Source: Balanoglossus misakiensis (Eukaryota > Animalia > Hemichordata). Taken from it: 64,000 nt of DNA. The stretch's first letter is position 1, and each line of letters begins with the position of its first letter. A program made the translations under genes and the position numbers. Below the pieces are notes generated by a model. It made no database searches. It had not been told where the DNA came from and saw only the letters and a program-made list of their open reading frames with translations. The DNA lies in NCBI GenBank assembly GCA_040954595.2, contig CM082590.2, positions 5,952,001 through 6,016,000 of the forward strand. The letters run 5' to 3'. Shown here in pieces: positions 59,498 through 64,000 of the stretch.

Positions 59498-62400
59498 TCC
59501 TATAAAAATCAATGATAAAGTTGCAACTCGCGGGGCTTTAATTAATAGAAAGATCAGAAGTTTTAAATAAATAAAAAAACTCGAGGATGGGAACGGAACA
59601 GTTACAATTTGAAAGTTCAACAATGCTGGTTTGGTAATTTGCTTAGCATAGCAACCAACAAGCATTTGTATGCAGACGTTACCAGCAAAACGGCATTTGG
59701 ATTTTCCGAAATCACCCTAGACATATAACAAACTAGTTTTATAGTTCTACAGTATTATCGACTTCTCACCCATTATTCGATATAATGGCATATCGGCACC
59801 TACCAGCATCTTTCTTTTAAAAAATTTTAACTGGGGAGTTACATGGTATTGATTTATCGAATAACAGCGGCTGCAGCTGGTCATGGACTTGACATTTTTA
59901 CCATAAAATATTAGACTATTTAATAAAGACATACATGACACTCATTACCATTTAACATTTTACAATATGTTTTCACTTAGAAATTCAACGCTATGACAAA
60001 CTGAAACCTTAGTTTCTGAATGATAATTTGTATGATGTCAAATCAGGTGTTCGTCACGATCTCTCCTATGGCATAAGACAACTAGAGAGATTGGTCAGTT
60101 ATTTTGTGATCAAATGACTTGCTAGAGACCTACTTCTACCTGTAGTAGGCTCTAGACAAAATCTTCATTTTTAGAACTTATTATCAATTTTCCCCATCAT
60201 AGACGAAATGGCATGGTATATAGACTATAGGGACCGATCATGGTGATTTTGATGATGGTAACAACAACAACAATACAACATAATACAATGCAATGCAATG
60301 TAATAATAATAACAATACAAAAACAACAACGACGACGACAACAATAATAGTAATAATAATGATGATGGTGATCATCATCATCATCATAATAATAATACCA
60401 AAGCCTCAAAAATGTTTACAGATAAAAACATAAAGTAAATACAATGACACTGCAATGAAAATATCTACCCGCAAAATAAAATCGAAATCGAACATCTTAT
60501 TTTTAAAAATTCATCACAGCAGAGTAAAAACAAAATTATAAAAGAAAACTTGTGGAGCGTTCCCATATCACAAGTAATTTATGTAAAAATGTCTAATCTA
60601 ACCTAAAACACGCGCTAAAACAAATGAAGTGGCTAGCACCCAAAAATGATAAAACATCAAAGTTTTAATCAACCATTTAAAGATTGTTAACAAAGTGTGT
60701 TTCGATGTCGTTAAACTTAGCCACAATATGAGCTGTACAAGACTTTTTTGCATTACAAAGTACAGTAATTCATTAAAATTGTCTTTTTGCTAATTGTAGA
60801 TTAAAGAGACATACTATCTCAAAAATGTCATGCTTAAAATTCAAATAGCAGCTATATTTCGTGGTTTACGTATCTTTGTTGTAGGATCGTACATCGTAAT
60901 CGTATTATGTTGGTTGGGGTATGAACAGAAACGATTACGTTAACATTTCACATTGAGGGCGTTCTCCACATGCTACCCCCCCCCCCCCTCCCTCCGCCGC
61001 TCGCTCGCTCGCTCACTTCGGACATCGTATACCACTGATACGATGGACCAACTGTCATGTCATGATAAATCGTGTAAAGAACGCAGTAAACTGAATGCTA
61101 CTTTATACAGTATACTATAGTATTTCGAGTCAATTTCCCGATCCAGTATGCCTCCATAGGTGCCCCAAATTGAGAAAGATCGCGCGTTTTTCCGACGTTT
61201 AATGTGCATCACATTCACAACGATATTTTTGAAATCTAGGCTATATTTACCCAGATCGATTTTCATGAAGTAATTTCACATCTGCACGTCGTATGTTACA
61301 GTAAATAAGGCGTTAGCATAGTGCGAACGTCGAAAGGAGAGTGCATGCGTTGGAATGCGGAACTACGTGACTATCTGTCACTCTCTCTTGCACTAACTGT
61401 GAAATTTCCGCAAATAATGGTTTTTAAATTCTTTAGACACAACGAAATAACATTTCCGTGTAGTAATTTTAAGAACTGGAGGCTGTATTTTGCATGAAAT
61501 AGTGCGAACGCGCAGACTACGAATGCAAATGTGATCTGCGTCCCCTGGGATCCACCACAGCTCTGCTCACATGGTAGGAAGGCAGGTTCTCTCTGACGCG
61601 CGCACATACAACTGGATTCTGTTAATAGGGTGACGTATCAGCTGTCTGGCATAAACGGACAGGGAAGAATCGCTGCTCTCTGGATGAAGGGACGAGGCGT
61701 TTTCCAACTAGTTTGAAAATATATTAAGTAATAAAACGTCAGGGGACATACACTGTAAAGGTGTTTGCAGTTTATCTGTCCTCTCACTACAGAGTAATGT
61801 TTGTAGAATGTTCTTTACTGCCCTCCCGGATGTGTGGTTCTTCCTTCGCACTTGAACTTTCTATACCTTTCAATTTACTCATGTTGAAGGTGAATAACGT
61901 AAAATCAGTCAATTAAATTCTTTGTATAATAATTTGTACTTTGGTTCCCAGTTGCAAGTTCTTTTGGTGAAAGAAGCCTTCTCTTCTGGCTTCAGTAAGC
62001 CCTCAACAGTCAAAGGGAAAAATCTGTACCATAATGTTGGTTGATGTACCTTGCGACAAACTAATCTACCGTTGAGGGCGCACCACCATTGGTACGTCAC
62101 TTAGGCGTACAATGGACACAAACTAAACTTGTTTCAACCATGGTCACTCCATTTCCCCAAACGTTTGCATAAATGTTTGAAGTTGTTGTGCCATATCACA
62201 AATTGATCGTTCACTGTATCTCAGTGTCTACTATCACGTTCATCCGTAGTATTTCGACCAACTGTCTCTTCTCGGCTTTATTTCTATCTTTGTTTATGAA
62301 GTTCTCCATTGTTCGGTTACTTTATTTGATTATAATTAGCCAAAATGAAGTTGTTTAAGCTTATACATGCACTACGTATGTTTCATGTGTGTTCATCGTT

Positions 62401-64000
62401 TAAAGGTTTAAATTTTACATATATGTAAATTGTCAATTGTATGGCCATGCAGACACACGATCATGTAGTCAGTGCAATGTGTCCCAGATGTAATCTTGTG
62501 TAGTACTTTTGTTTACTCATAGAGCTACTTAACGTGTCGTAGTTACTATGTACTGCTTCGAGCGGTGTATTTTTGACAGTCAGACCTGAGCGACTCCACT
62601 GAAGTCTTCGGATAATAAGCGGACACGAGTAAAAGGATTTACACACGGTCAATCCTCGACTGTGATTTACACCAAGGCCGAAACAGAGCAGCGAATCTCC
62701 ATCAATCACCCAACACTCACACAGACAGCGATCTGAAGTATAAATCAAAATACTCGGCTGTCGGCAAAGTTTAATTTACATGTGGATATATTAATGTGAC
62801 GCAGTTTCGCCAGTGCTGGAACTGACCGATTAATAATTACAAAACTGCGAATTAAACCATGGCCTATTCTGGCTTCGCAGAAAATGTTGCCGTAAAGGGG
62901 CCGTGGTTTACGACGATGTTATGGTGTAATAATTTTGTGTAATTTACAACTCTGTTCCATATTCTGAATGCTGGTATATATCGCAACATCATCAGCTTGG
63001 TCTAGTGCCCTCTATCACATCTCAGTAAGATAAGCATCACGTTGGCTTCCCGCCATCTTGGGAGCTGTTTCATTTTGTCACCTACCCACCTCATCCCCAT
63101 CTTGTTTGTTCCACTTTCTCATGCTCATTTCCATGTCGTTTTTGTTTTTATCTCTGTCTGTTTCCTTCAGCTTGCTAATCCTTTTCTGGTTCCTTGTCTA
63201 TGATATTTGGTGTACTGCTTTACTGTTGACAGTTTATTGTTCAATAAATCACTGCTTTAACTGCCAAACCCATCTTTGTGTTTGTTGTTGTAAATCCATG
63301 GCAAATAGCCGTTTGAATTCTAGCTCATGATAATCCTGACTTTATCATGATCTGGTTGAGAAGTGTTTCTTTATGCTGCTTGATTGTGTGTTTGAATGGT
63401 GGAGTATTTCTCTACCAACTAAACAAACATTCAGAGCTACATATTAAATGTGTTGCGTGGTTTCAAATGCCATAAATCTAATAGGACAAACAGCATTTAA
63501 TCTTTACGACCTAGAGTAAGATGCTTCTGATTACAAGCTGAATAGGCTGTATGACAATTAATTCAAAAACAAATCACCAGATTGGAATATCAACAAAAAC
63601 AATACTTGATGTATATAGTCCAAAACATCATAGCTGGAAGGTCAAATATATGAATTAATTTTGTAGTGGTAATGTGATGGAACGGATGTCCTCCATACTC
63701 ATTTACTTAGTACCAGTGGGAGAGCGCTGATAAGAATGAATAGTGGCTGGTCTATGTTTCAATCAATTTTAGTCAAAAGTACTAATGTGGATGAACGGTG
63801 GTGATAAATATGACACAATTAACATGGCACACATGGAGTCTCACTGACTCCAAATGTAATCAGATGAAGGTGTAGGCCATATTCTGCAAGCAGTTGTCTA
63901 ACAAAAACATTGACATTCGTTGCATATGTGAGGGCGTTGTATCCGGTTGACTTGGTGTGCGCCCAGAGAGGGGACAACATGGTACAGGGATGGAAATCAA

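Noticed and set aside
59560-60900. Possible highly decayed LINE reverse-transcriptase fragments on the minus strand
   Set aside because: The resemblance is too faint to support without a profile search.
63050-63400. Purine-rich minus-strand stretch resembling coiled-coil coding sequence
   Set aside because: It has several in-frame stops and no recognisable family.

Overview
This is AT-rich, intron-containing eukaryotic genomic DNA, most likely from a marine invertebrate (inference from gene content and repeat style). Almost all ORFs in the supplied track are spurious. Two spliced + strand genes can be rebuilt by hand with consistent splice phases. (1) An 8-exon LIV-1-family zinc importer, ZIP10/SLC39A10-like (4482-21337, about 645 aa). 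It has overlapping metal-response elements upstream, and about 13 copies of one palindromic TTAA MITE lie in and around it. (2) A 14-exon, about 943-aa ankyrin-Roc-COR-death-domain protein (26821-50812), i.e. the DAPK1 architecture without a kinase. Its six ankyrin repeats are each a 99-nt phase-0 exon. Two of them (exons 4 and 7) are duplicates whose flanking introns are about 95% identical, while the exons differ almost only at the ankyrin binding-surface codons. An exon-less third cassette copy, a decayed ankyrin remnant and a kappaB+CRE promoter lie nearby. Together these suggest a diversifying, exon-shuffling ankyrin-ROCO innate immune receptor, the best candidate for a novel system here. 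The remainder is MITEs, microsatellites and, at 56-59.5 kb, a 1.4-kb tandem duplication with a fold-back 180-bp satellite.
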